Shown here one piece after another: positions 31,440-40,144 of a DNA stretch of 64,000 bases. Below the pieces are notes generated by a model that was given only the letters and a program-made list of their open reading frames with translations, did not search any database and was not told the origin of the DNA. The DNA comes from Methanothrix sp. (GTDB lineage Archaea > Halobacteriota > Methanosarcinia > Methanotrichales > Methanotrichaceae). A program made the position numbers and the translations under genes. The stretch covers positions 672,001 through 736,000 of the forward strand of contig OY821645.1 in assembly GCA_963682135.1 (NCBI GenBank). The letters run 5' to 3'. Each line of letters opens with the position of its first letter. Within the stretch, counting starts at the first letter, position 1.

Positions 31440-33050
31440 TTAACTCCCCAGCATCTCCTTCTCTTCCTCTTCCGTGATCTTGGCTAAGACCTCGCTGGGA
31501 AGACCGGTGAAAATCGCCTGCCCGTCGCGCATAAGCATGGCTCGGTCGCAGATATTTTTCACGAAGTCCATGTCGTGGCTTACAATGACAAATGTTTCTC
31601 CCAGCTCCTGGCGAGCATTAAGGATAGACCGCGTAACCTCGATCTTGGTAATGGCATCCATAGTGCCCGTAGGCTCATCCAGGATCACTATTCTCGGCTC
31701 TTTTATTAATACCTGTGCCATGGCCACGCGATGCCTCTCTCCCTCGGAAAGCTCGTCCGGCATCTTGGACAACACTGCTTCTGACTGCTCCTCCGTGAAT
31801 CCCACAGTCTCCAGGGTGTGAATGGCTTTTCTCTCCGCCAGTTCGAAGGGCAGGGAGAGGCCAATGGCCTCGGTCAGGTTTTCTATGACACTTCGGGAGG
31901 GGTAGAGTGTATACTCCTGATGAAGAATGCCGATGTATTTAGTGGCTCGTCCGCGACCGTTGGATCCGAGTACGGCCATGTCCACCCAGTCGTCTCCTAC
32001 CCGCACGAAGATACTGCCATCGGTAGGTGTGATAATTCCGCTTACCATCTTGGAGAGAGTGGTCTTGCCGCCGCCGGAAACCCCAACCAGGCCGAAGATT
32101 TCGCCCTCTTTTACTTCCAGGCTGACTCTATCCACGGCTTTCACCACGCCCCGGTCTATGCTGATATATCTCTTTGCCAGGCTGTTGGCCTTGATTATGG
32201 GCTCGCCCATTTCCACATCTTCTCGCTTGCCGAGCGTTCCGGCCATGGCCAGGAACATAGCTGCGATATCCTTGGGCTTGCCTTCGGCCTTGATCTCTCC
32301 GCCATCCAGCAAAATAGCTCTATCGGTCAGCTCGACCATGACATCTTCCCAGTGGCTGGTGATGATCAGGGTCATTTTGAAGTCACGGACGGCACGCTTG
32401 ATGGATTCATGCACGACTTTGGCCGTTGACGGATCGAGTGTTCCCGTGGGCTCGTCCGCCAGCAAGACCATAGGCGACTTGGCGAGCTGGCGGGCCAGGA
32501 CAACGCGCTGCTTTTCTCCACCGGACAGTTCTCTGGCCACATGCATCAGCCTGTGGGACAGATTTACCTCATCCAGAAGGTCGGCGGCGCGGTGAACGCT
32601 CATGGAGTCACCTCTCTCCTCTACAGCGCGCATGACATTGGTTATCACGCGTTCATCGCCATAAAGAGCAAAGGTTCTCTGCAGCATAATGGCGATGCGG
32701 TTTACGATATCACGCCGAAGAGGATCATTTATGTCCAAACTCACAAAATCAGCATCGATTGGTTTCAGGACTCCGCCGCATTTGCACTTTTCTCCGGCAC
32801 GGCCAGGCAGCTCTACGTGACGGCATTTCTCACATCTGGCCACATGAAATATCACGCTTCCGCTCATGCCGGGAAATGACTCCACACCGCGCAAGACATG
32901 CATCAGTACGCTCTTGCCGCAGCCGCTTCTGCCCAAGATTCCCACTGATTCGCCCTCACCTATAACCAGGTTTATATTGCGGAGAGCGACAACATCACCG
33001 AATCGAACTGTCAGATCCCGTATCTCGATAAAAGGTGCCAAATCTATCAT
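31440..33050 (-). CDS. atwA: Methyl-coenzyme M reductase system component A2
   Basis: Two ABC ATPase domains (GRSGCGKS, GVSGGGKTT), a zinc ribbon CEKC..CKC, and RIAIMLQRTFALY. Confidence 0.95.
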   Translation of the reverse strand: MIDLAPFIEIRDLTVRFGDVVALRNINLVIGEGESVGILGRSGCGKSVLMHVLRGVESFPGMSGSVIFHVARCEKCRHVELPGRAGEKCKCGGVLKPIDADFVSLDINDPLRRDIVNRIAIMLQRTFALYGDERVITNVMRAVEERGDSMSVHRAADLLDEVNLSHRLMHVARELSGGEKQRVVLARQLAKSPMVLLADEPTGTLDPSTAKVVHESIKRAVRDFKMTLIITSHWEDVMVELTDRAILLDGGEIKAEGKPKDIAAMFLAMAGTLGKREDVEMGEPIIKANSLAKRYISIDRGVVKAVDRVSLEVKEGEIFGLVGVSGGGKTTLSKMVSGIITPTDGSIFVRVGDDWVDMAVLGSNGRGRATKYIGILHQEYTLYPSRSVIENLTEAIGLSLPFELAERKAIHTLETVGFTEEQSEAVLSKMPDELSEGERHRVAMAQVLIKEPRIVILDEPTGTMDAITKIEVTRSILNARQELGETFVIVSHDMDFVKNICDRAMLMRDGQAIFTGLPSEVLAKITEEEEKEMLGS

Positions 33051-33269
33051 GCCCCATAATTCTCACTGCAATGTAAGGTTGATCCGCTAGCAATCCTGGC
33101 ATAATGCTACTTAAGTTTATCCGAAGCTTTGAATGCGTCTTGCCGATAACGATTGTTAAAGTCTTCTCATTAAAAAGATCAAAGCGGTCTAACTTTGGCA
33201 AGAATCTTCTTACTCAATATTTCGAATCAATTGTGGGATGATTGCAGATTCTATGGAAATGGCAGGCAT

Positions 33270-35771
33270 TTATTCTCCATTCCTGGACTTGGCCCGGAGG
33301 GCTTGCAGACGCTTGGCATCATTTTCTGAATCTGGATGTCCGATCTCCCTTTCATAGTCTACGCATATCTGCATCAGTTCAGCAGCCTGCTTGAGACCTC
33401 CTGATTTCTCATATGCGAGACCCAGATTCCAGCAAGTATTTGCTTCGCCCCTTCGGTCCCCGATCTCGTGGGCAATGACAAGACGCTGATCGTAGTACTC
33501 GATGGCCTTACGGGCGTCGCCCAGGTCGGCGTAGGCATTGCCCAGGTTGCCCAGATCAGCTCCCTCGCTCCTTCGGTCCCCGATCTCACGGGCTATAGTC
33601 AGGTGCTGCTCATAATACTCGATGGCCTTACGGGCGTCGCCCAGGTCGGCGTAGGCATTGCCCAGGTTGCCCAGCGCATTTCCTTCGCCCCTTCGGTCCC
33701 CGATATCACGGGCTATGGTCAGGTGCTGCTCGTGGTACTCGATGGCCTTGTGGGCGTCGCCCAGGTTCTTGTATGCGATGCCCAGGTTGCCCAGCGCATT
33801 TCCTTCGCCCCTTCGGTCCCCGATATCACGATCAATGGCCAGCGCCTGCTCGAGGTACTCGATGGCCTTACGGGCGTCGCCCAGGTCGGCATAGGCCAGG
33901 CCCAGGTTGCCCAGATCAGCTCCCTCGCCCCTTCGGTCCCCGATCTCGCGGGCTATGGTCAGATGCTGCTCGTAGTACTCGATGGCCTTACGGGCATCGC
34001 CCAGGTCGGCGTAGGCATTGCCCAGGTTGCCCAGCGCAGCTCCTTCGCCACTTCTGTCCCCGATCTCACGGGCTATGGTCAGGTGCTGCTCGTGGTACTC
34101 GATGGCCTTGTGGGCGTCGCCCAGGTTCTTGTATGCGATGCCCAGGTTGCCCAGCGCATTTCCTTCGCCCCTTCGGTCCCCGATCTCACGGGCTATGGTC
34201 AGATGCTGCTCGTGGTACTCGATGGCCTTGTGGGCGTCGCCCAGGGCGGCGTAGGCATTGCCCAGGTTGCCCAGCGCAGCTCCTTCGCCCTGCTTCGTCC
34301 CAATTTTGCGAAAAGCTTTCAGTGATTGCTTATGATAGTCGATGGCCTTGCGAACATTTCCAATGGCAGCGCTGGCAAGGCCCAACATAGTGAGAAAAGA
34401 TGCTTCGTCATAGCTTGCACCATCAGAATGTGCTGCCTCCAGTCCACACTCCAACATGGCAATTCTCTCCCCCGAATGCCCCTGTAGATCAAGATAATCT
34501 TTGATAGCCCACACAAGAGACCGAGCCTCTGCCAGCATCCCGATCCTAATGCAGACTGACTGAACTGCCAGGATGTGATCTCTCTGAGCATCTAAGTTTT
34601 CGTATCCTGGCAATCCCAGCTTCATCTGTTCTTGGCCGAATTTATCGTAATGCTGAGCCAGTCGAGCCAGTTCTTCCTTTGATACAGACAGCCTTTCCCT
34701 GGCATAAGTATGTGCCAGAGAATGGGTTATCTGATAGCTGGATTCAGGGCGCATTAACAATCCAAAATCGACCAGCTCGCCCAGGCTGAAGTTCGCCTTC
34801 AGAGCAGATAACTGCAGAGCTATGGCTATGACCTCAGGCTCGAAGGACTTCATGGCCAGAACTCCCGCCAGGCCGAGACAGGAGAGCGCCTGATCGCTTA
34901 CGTGCTCCAGACTGTGCTCCATCAGCAGTGGAATGCTCTGATGCTGCTTTTTTCCCATGTCCAGAGCCTCAAGCGGCGTCTCCTTCAGCCAGGCCAGATA
35001 GTCGCTGGCAATCTGTCGCCGGTGAGCCAGGTAGCGGCCTGCCAAGAATATGGCCAGGGGCAAACAGCCCAGGAGATTGCAGATGCTGCGAGATGTCTTT
35101 TCATCTGCAGCCATCGAGCCGCCCCAGGCCTGCAAAAGCTCGACAGCCTTATCCTCAGGCAGAGGCAGCAGATCGCTTGGCTCCTCAGGAGCATCGCTTC
35201 GGCGCCTGGTGGTGATGAGAACTCCGCAGCTTCCTGTGACTGTTAAAACTGCCTGCAGGTCATCGCAGGCCTCGGCTCCATCCAGGACTATCAGAGCCTG
35301 GCGGCCGGCCAGGGCTCTCTTTGCTGCTTCGTAAGGGCTTTGCCGCGGGTCTTCTCCATAAGCTCGGGCGATTTCTTCCAGAGCCGAAGCAGCCTGAGGC
35401 TTGTGATAGAAGGTATGAAAGACTATTCCATCTGGGAAGCGTTCCAGCGGGTTGCTTACGGGCGCAAGCTGCCAGATAGCTTCGGCAGCCAGAGCGGTCT
35501 TGCCCATACCTCCAGGGCCGCAGATGGTGACTGCGTGGCCAGCCTGAAGGTCCCGGTGGAGCGAAGCTAGCTCGGCCTCTCTTCCTGTGAAATGAGGGAC
35601 TCGCTGCGGCCTTTGGAAGGGCAGGCGAAGTTTTAGAGCTTCATTGTAGATGAAATCGCCCTGGATCTGGAACTGGCCGGAGAAGAGCGGGCCAGAGACG
35701 TCTCCTGCTACGTTGGTTTGTGGACCGTTGGTCGTCTGGCCACGTTGGTTGATTGCAGGCTTGTAGTTCAT
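33270..35771 (-). CDS. NLR-like STAND (NB-ARC-type) ATPase-TPR receptor with N-terminal signalling motif A
   Basis: FTGREAEL, Walker A GPGGMGKT, Walker B LIVLDG, LITTR, CLPLA; seven 40-aa TPR repeats; N-terminal QRGQTTNGPQTNVAGDVSGPLFSGQF. Confidence 0.9.
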   Translation of the reverse strand: MNYKPAINQRGQTTNGPQTNVAGDVSGPLFSGQFQIQGDFIYNEALKLRLPFQRPQRVPHFTGREAELASLHRDLQAGHAVTICGPGGMGKTALAAEAIWQLAPVSNPLERFPDGIVFHTFYHKPQAASALEEIARAYGEDPRQSPYEAAKRALAGRQALIVLDGAEACDDLQAVLTVTGSCGVLITTRRRSDAPEEPSDLLPLPEDKAVELLQAWGGSMAADEKTSRSICNLLGCLPLAIFLAGRYLAHRRQIASDYLAWLKETPLEALDMGKKQHQSIPLLMEHSLEHVSDQALSCLGLAGVLAMKSFEPEVIAIALQLSALKANFSLGELVDFGLLMRPESSYQITHSLAHTYARERLSVSKEELARLAQHYDKFGQEQMKLGLPGYENLDAQRDHILAVQSVCIRIGMLAEARSLVWAIKDYLDLQGHSGERIAMLECGLEAAHSDGASYDEASFLTMLGLASAAIGNVRKAIDYHKQSLKAFRKIGTKQGEGAALGNLGNAYAALGDAHKAIEYHEQHLTIAREIGDRRGEGNALGNLGIAYKNLGDAHKAIEYHEQHLTIAREIGDRSGEGAALGNLGNAYADLGDARKAIEYYEQHLTIAREIGDRRGEGADLGNLGLAYADLGDARKAIEYLEQALAIDRDIGDRRGEGNALGNLGIAYKNLGDAHKAIEYHEQHLTIARDIGDRRGEGNALGNLGNAYADLGDARKAIEYYEQHLTIAREIGDRRSEGADLGNLGNAYADLGDARKAIEYYDQRLVIAHEIGDRRGEANTCWNLGLAYEKSGGLKQAAELMQICVDYEREIGHPDSENDAKRLQALRAKSRNGE
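33450..34289 (-). repeat. Seven near-identical 120-bp tandem TPR-coding repeats
   Basis: The unit CCCAGGTTGCCCAG...CCCGAT(C/A)TC...TACTCGATGGCCTT recurs every 120 nt. Confidence 0.95.
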
Positions 35772-35777
35772 GATGGG

Positions 35778-38300
35778 CTATCTCCTCCATTCGGCCAGTT
35801 TTTGCTCAACCCTGGCTGCAAAGGGACTTTCGATTTGCCTGTAAATTTCGAGGGCAATTTCTGCTTTCTTGATAGCTTCGGGGTGCTTGCCGAGTCCGTA
35901 GAGGGCCAGACTGGAATTGTACAGCGCATTTCCTTCGCCCCTTCTGTCCCCGATCTCACGATCGATGGCTAGCGCCTGCTCGTAGTACTCGATGGCCTTA
36001 CGGGCGTCGCCCAGGGCGGCGTAGGCCAGGCCCAGGTTGCCCAGCGCAGCTCCTTCATTCCTTTTATCCCCGATTTCCTTGGCAATGGCCAGCGCCCGAT
36101 CGTAGTACTCGATGGCCTTACGGGCGTCGCCCAGGTCGGCGTAGGCATTGCCCAGGTTGCTCAGCGCATTTCCTTCGCCCCTTCTGTCCCCGATATCACG
36201 ATCAATGGCCAGCGCCTGCTCGTAGTACTCGATGGCCTGGCAGGCGTCGCCCAGGGCGGCGTAGGCCAGGCCCAGGTTGCCCAGCCAAGCACCTTCATTC
36301 CTTTTATCCCCGATTTCCTTGGCAATGGCCAGCGCCTGCTCGTAGTATTCGATGGCCTTACGGGCGTCGCCCAGGTCGGCGTGTGCCAGGCCCAGGTTGC
36401 CCAGCGCATTTCCTTCGCCCCTTCTGTCCCCGATCTCTCGGGCTATGGTCAGGTGCTGCTCGTAGTACTCGATAGCCTTACGGGCGTCGCCCAGGTCAGC
36501 GTGTGCCAGGCCCAGGTTGCCCAGCGCATTTCCTTCGCCCCTTCTGTCCCCGATCTCTCGGGCTATGACAAGACGCTGCTCGTAGTACTCGATGGCCTTA
36601 CGGGCGTCGCCCAGGGCGGCGTAGGCCAGGCCCAGGTTGCCCAGCGCATTTCCTTCGCCCCTTCTGTCCCCGATCTCACGATCAATGGCCAGCGCCTGCT
36701 CGTGGTACTCGATGGCCTTACGGGCGTCGCCCAGGGCGGCGTAGGCCAGGCCCAGGTTGCCCAGCGCATTTCCTTCGCCCCTTCTGTCCCCGATCTCACG
36801 ATCAATGGCCAGCGCCTGCTCGTAGTACTCGATGGCCTTACGGGCGTCGCCCAAAACGTAGTGGGCACTGCCCAGGTTACCCAGCGCAGCTCCTTCCACG
36901 CCCCTATTCCTCAGCTTTCTAGCAGCTTTCAAGGCTTCTTCAAGCCAGGAAATCCTCTGCGTCGGATGGAGGCGCAAATCTATCACATAAACTCCTGCAC
37001 CAGGGTAGTTCATGCAAAGATTCGCTGCCTGGGAATTTACTTCCAGGCTCTTACAGGACCAGGCATGACCGACGTTGATATTCGCTTCTTCTCTGTCAAA
37101 GAGCGCAAGACCCTTTTGGATTCCTTCGCTTCCCTGCAGGTAGTGGTCATCGGCTGCAGCTAGCAGATCTTTGTAGTAAGAGGAATGCCTTGCAGCAATG
37201 ATCTCCCTCGATTCGTCCCGCTGACGGGCTGAGGCAAAGAGGCGAGAGAGGTCGTGCAGCCTGTAGCGCCCATAATCCCGATCTTGAGACCTGTAATCTA
37301 CGAGACTCCACCGCACCAGCTCACTCAAATTCCTGTGCTTATCATCCAGGCAGATCTGCTCCTCAGCCTGGGCATCGAAGTCCGCCGGAAAGACTGACAG
37401 ATCGAGAAAAGTCTTCTGCACAGCAGCAGCAAGCCTTTGAAAGCTTAGGCCTAAGCTGGCGTCAACGCTCATCTCCACGCCCTGCTCGCCGATCATCTCA
37501 AGCCTGGTGCGCTCGTCCTTCAGCTCCTGAGCATATTGCTTCGGGCCGATGTCCTCGGAATTGGCCAGATAGCTTCCGGCAGCTCTCAAGGCCAGCGGCA
37601 GAAAGCCGCAGAGGCTGGCAATTTCAAGCCAGGCAGGGTCATCTCTGGGTGACTTATCTTGCTTTGCAGGGCAGCAGACATTGAGCAGCAGCTCCAGAGC
37701 TTCACCTGGCTTCATGACGTCCAGGTCCTTTTTGAAGAGGCCGGGTATTTTGATGGTCCTGCGGGAGGTGATGAGAAGAGCGCAGCTCTTGGGAGGAATC
37801 AGCTTGATGACCTGCTTGTCATCGGACGCATTATCCAGAAGGAGCAGGACGCGCTTGCCATTAAGCACTTCAAGATATCTGTCTTTGACTTCTGAATCGC
37901 TTTCTGGAATCTTTTCGTTGCGATGATAAGAATGGATGACATAGGCCATTGCCTCCATGGGAGAGAGGGGATTGGTCGTGCCCATCATGTCCACCATGAT
38001 CTGGCCGTCTGGGTAGCGATCTTTGAGTGATTCGGCGAGCTTGAGAGCAAGAGCCGTCTTGCCAACGCCCCCTATGCCACGCAGGCCGATGATGTTCTTG
38101 CCGGCTGAATACTCCGCTAAAAGCTCATTCAGCTCTTCATTGCGGCCTGTGAAATCTGAAGGCGGTTCCGGGATGAAAGGAAGCCGGGAGAGATCATTAG
38201 GTTTTGGGATATTAATATTATAATAATTTCTATCTCCGAATTGCTGCTCTACATTCCCAGTGGGATTTACAACCGGCCCTTTAGCATCCCTGAAATCCAA
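35778..38300 (-). CDS. NLR-like STAND (NB-ARC-type) ATPase-TPR receptor with N-terminal signalling motif B
   Basis: TTG start after GGAGGAG; FTGRNEEL, GIGGVGKT, LLLLDNA, LITSR, FLPLA, MHD-like RLHDL; eight 40-aa TPRs; N-terminal DFRDAKGPVVNPTGNVEQQFGD. Confidence 0.9.
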   Translation of the reverse strand: MDFRDAKGPVVNPTGNVEQQFGDRNYYNINIPKPNDLSRLPFIPEPPSDFTGRNEELNELLAEYSAGKNIIGLRGIGGVGKTALALKLAESLKDRYPDGQIMVDMMGTTNPLSPMEAMAYVIHSYHRNEKIPESDSEVKDRYLEVLNGKRVLLLLDNASDDKQVIKLIPPKSCALLITSRRTIKIPGLFKKDLDVMKPGEALELLLNVCCPAKQDKSPRDDPAWLEIASLCGFLPLALRAAGSYLANSEDIGPKQYAQELKDERTRLEMIGEQGVEMSVDASLGLSFQRLAAAVQKTFLDLSVFPADFDAQAEEQICLDDKHRNLSELVRWSLVDYRSQDRDYGRYRLHDLSRLFASARQRDESREIIAARHSSYYKDLLAAADDHYLQGSEGIQKGLALFDREEANINVGHAWSCKSLEVNSQAANLCMNYPGAGVYVIDLRLHPTQRISWLEEALKAARKLRNRGVEGAALGNLGSAHYVLGDARKAIEYYEQALAIDREIGDRRGEGNALGNLGLAYAALGDARKAIEYHEQALAIDREIGDRRGEGNALGNLGLAYAALGDARKAIEYYEQRLVIAREIGDRRGEGNALGNLGLAHADLGDARKAIEYYEQHLTIAREIGDRRGEGNALGNLGLAHADLGDARKAIEYYEQALAIAKEIGDKRNEGAWLGNLGLAYAALGDACQAIEYYEQALAIDRDIGDRRGEGNALSNLGNAYADLGDARKAIEYYDRALAIAKEIGDKRNEGAALGNLGLAYAALGDARKAIEYYEQALAIDREIGDRRGEGNALYNSSLALYGLGKHPEAIKKAEIALEIYRQIESPFAARVEQKLAEWRR
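35940..36899 (-). repeat. Eight near-identical 120-bp tandem TPR-coding repeats
   Basis: Same 120-nt unit as 33450-34289. Confidence 0.95.
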
Positions 38301-38343
38301 AATTTGACTCCTCCTGCTTGATCTTTTAATCCCTCATCGAGGT

Positions 38344-39477
38344 CTACTCATCCTCTGGAGCTATGAGCTCGATCTTTTCGGGATCTACTCCCTCCTTGAC
38401 CAGCAATTCTGGTTTGCTTTCTTCCGGTATCCCCTCAAGGAGCAGAACGACGATCCCTTGATCAAAAGCCTGCTTAATCGATAGCCCAAATCCTATGGCC
38501 CGGTAGAAAGAGCCAGCAAAGGCAATTGCAGCCTCATCTCCGATTGCATCGTTCATGCCAATGGCGCAATCGATCACCTGGGTAATGGCTTCAGCCTGAA
38601 TTTTAGAGTAGCACGCATTTAGGATTACTACTCGAATGTTAGCTTTCAGCGTCTGGAATAGCGCCTTTATCGCTCTGGGATTTACTGGCTTTTGCTCTCC
38701 CCGGCTATCCACTAAAATTATCTCGCCAGATTGGCTGCCGTGCCCACTGAAATGCACAATCTGCGGCTTATGCTGGTTGAGCAGTTGCAGCAAATCATCG
38801 GGACGAACTGCCCAGGCGGATATGAGGTCTATTGAATCACGGTACTCTGCAGCTCTGATCTTTTCTGTGATCTCTCGGATCTCTCTATCAAGCTCCAAAG
38901 GTGTGGTGCCTTTGGGATTTGAAGCCAGGAAGAGAGCCTTAATCTTTTTAGAATTTTTATTATCATCGGACGATTCTTTTGCCCTGGAATGATCGATATT
39001 CACATCTCCGAAATGCTGGCTGACTGAGCCGCTTGGCCTAATAACCGCGCCTTTCGAGCCTCGAAAGTCATTTGCGTCTCCATTGAATTGACCGGAAAAT
39101 ACAGCTCCCTGTACGCCTCCGGCAATATTGGTCTGCGGACCGTGAACTGTCTGGCCCCGCTGGTCGAATACCGATCCTGCGCCCTCTTTCTTGATTGTCT
39201 CGACAAGCCTCTGAATCTCCTCTGCAAAATCAGCATCATCTTCCATCTTTTCGGCTATGGCCGCCTGTAGGGCAGCCTGCCTTGCCTTTGAATCCGGCTT
39301 CTCCTGGGCGCCAGCCAAAGCCTGCTGGGCGCTGGCGTCGCCTTTGAACCTGTCTGCAACCGACCCGGAAAGATCACCTACCAGACCCCCCAGCTTCTCT
39401 CCAACGGTTTTTGAAAATACTTCTGCTCCCTTAGCCACAAAGGGAGCCGCAAGGGCCGCTATTCCGAGTAGATCCAT
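38344..39477 (-). CDS. Effector: helical Bell/HeLo-like domain + two signalling motifs + CHAT (caspase-like) protease
   Basis: N-terminal hydrophobic/amphipathic helices (AALAAPFVAKGAE..DDADFAEEIQRLV); G/Q/N-rich linker aa 104-158; CHAT motifs LFLASNP, VHFSGHG, VILNAC with catalytic His and Cys. Confidence 0.85.
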   Translation of the reverse strand: MDLLGIAALAAPFVAKGAEVFSKTVGEKLGGLVGDLSGSVADRFKGDASAQQALAGAQEKPDSKARQAALQAAIAEKMEDDADFAEEIQRLVETIKKEGAGSVFDQRGQTVHGPQTNIAGGVQGAVFSGQFNGDANDFRGSKGAVIRPSGSVSQHFGDVNIDHSRAKESSDDNKNSKKIKALFLASNPKGTTPLELDREIREITEKIRAAEYRDSIDLISAWAVRPDDLLQLLNQHKPQIVHFSGHGSQSGEIILVDSRGEQKPVNPRAIKALFQTLKANIRVVILNACYSKIQAEAITQVIDCAIGMNDAIGDEAAIAFAGSFYRAIGFGLSIKQAFDQGIVVLLLEGIPEESKPELLVKEGVDPEKIELIAPEDE

Positions 39478-39615
39478 GCACTCACATTCCCAAATCGAGG
39501 TCTAAGAGGCGTTGACATCTCATGAGATAAATCTTTCCGGATAAAATTTGATGAAAGCAGGCATAGATTATAAGATCAATAACATACATATCTTGCATCA
39601 TTGAAGGTATTACCT

Positions 39616-40125
39616 ATGGAAACCCTGCAAGCAATAAAGACCCGCCGTAGCATACGCAAGTTCTTGGATAAGCCGGTCACCCGAGAGATGGCAAGAGATC
39701 TCCTGGAGGCGGCCATGTTTGCGCCTTCCGCCGGAAACGAGCAGCCCTGGCAGTTCATAGTATTGGATGAACGCAAGTTTCTCGATAAGGTGCCAAATAT
39801 TTGTGCCACAGCTTCCATGTGCCGGCAGGCGCCTCTGGCGATCCTGGTTTGCGGCGACTCTTCACTGGAGAAGTACCCCAATTTCTGGGTGCAGGATTGC
39901 TCAGCCGCAACGGAAAATCTCTTGCTGGCCGCGCATGCCTGGGGTCTGGGCGGCGTCTGGGTGGGAATCTATCCCTTGAACGACCGCGTTGAGGCTTTTC
40001 GCAAGCTCCTGGGTCTGCCAGAAGAGATAACTCCATTTGCCCTGACGGCACTGGGATACCCGGATGAAGCACCTGCTGCGCCCAAGAGATACAGGGAAGA
40101 AAGGGTACATTTCAACGGATGGTAG
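39616..40125 (+). CDS. Nitroreductase family protein
   Basis: IKTRRSIRKF, APSAGNEQPWQF, QDCSAATENLLLAAH..GLGGVW. Confidence 0.92.
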   Translation: METLQAIKTRRSIRKFLDKPVTREMARDLLEAAMFAPSAGNEQPWQFIVLDERKFLDKVPNICATASMCRQAPLAILVCGDSSLEKYPNFWVQDCSAATENLLLAAHAWGLGGVWVGIYPLNDRVEAFRKLLGLPEEITPFALTALGYPDEAPAAPKRYREERVHFNGW

Positions 40126-40144
40126 AAGAAGGATTGGGATCTTA

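Noticed and set aside
33450-36899. Tandem repeats as a CRISPR array
   Set aside because: The units are 120 nt, in frame, have no unique spacers and encode TPRs; no cas genes are present
33468-37163. Long repetitive plus-strand ORFs (285, 205 and 260 aa)
   Set aside because: Antisense shadows of the TPR repeats
33270-38300. Diversity-generating retroelement acting on the TPRs
   Set aside because: No reverse transcriptase or template repeat in the window, and variation is not evidently adenine-restricted
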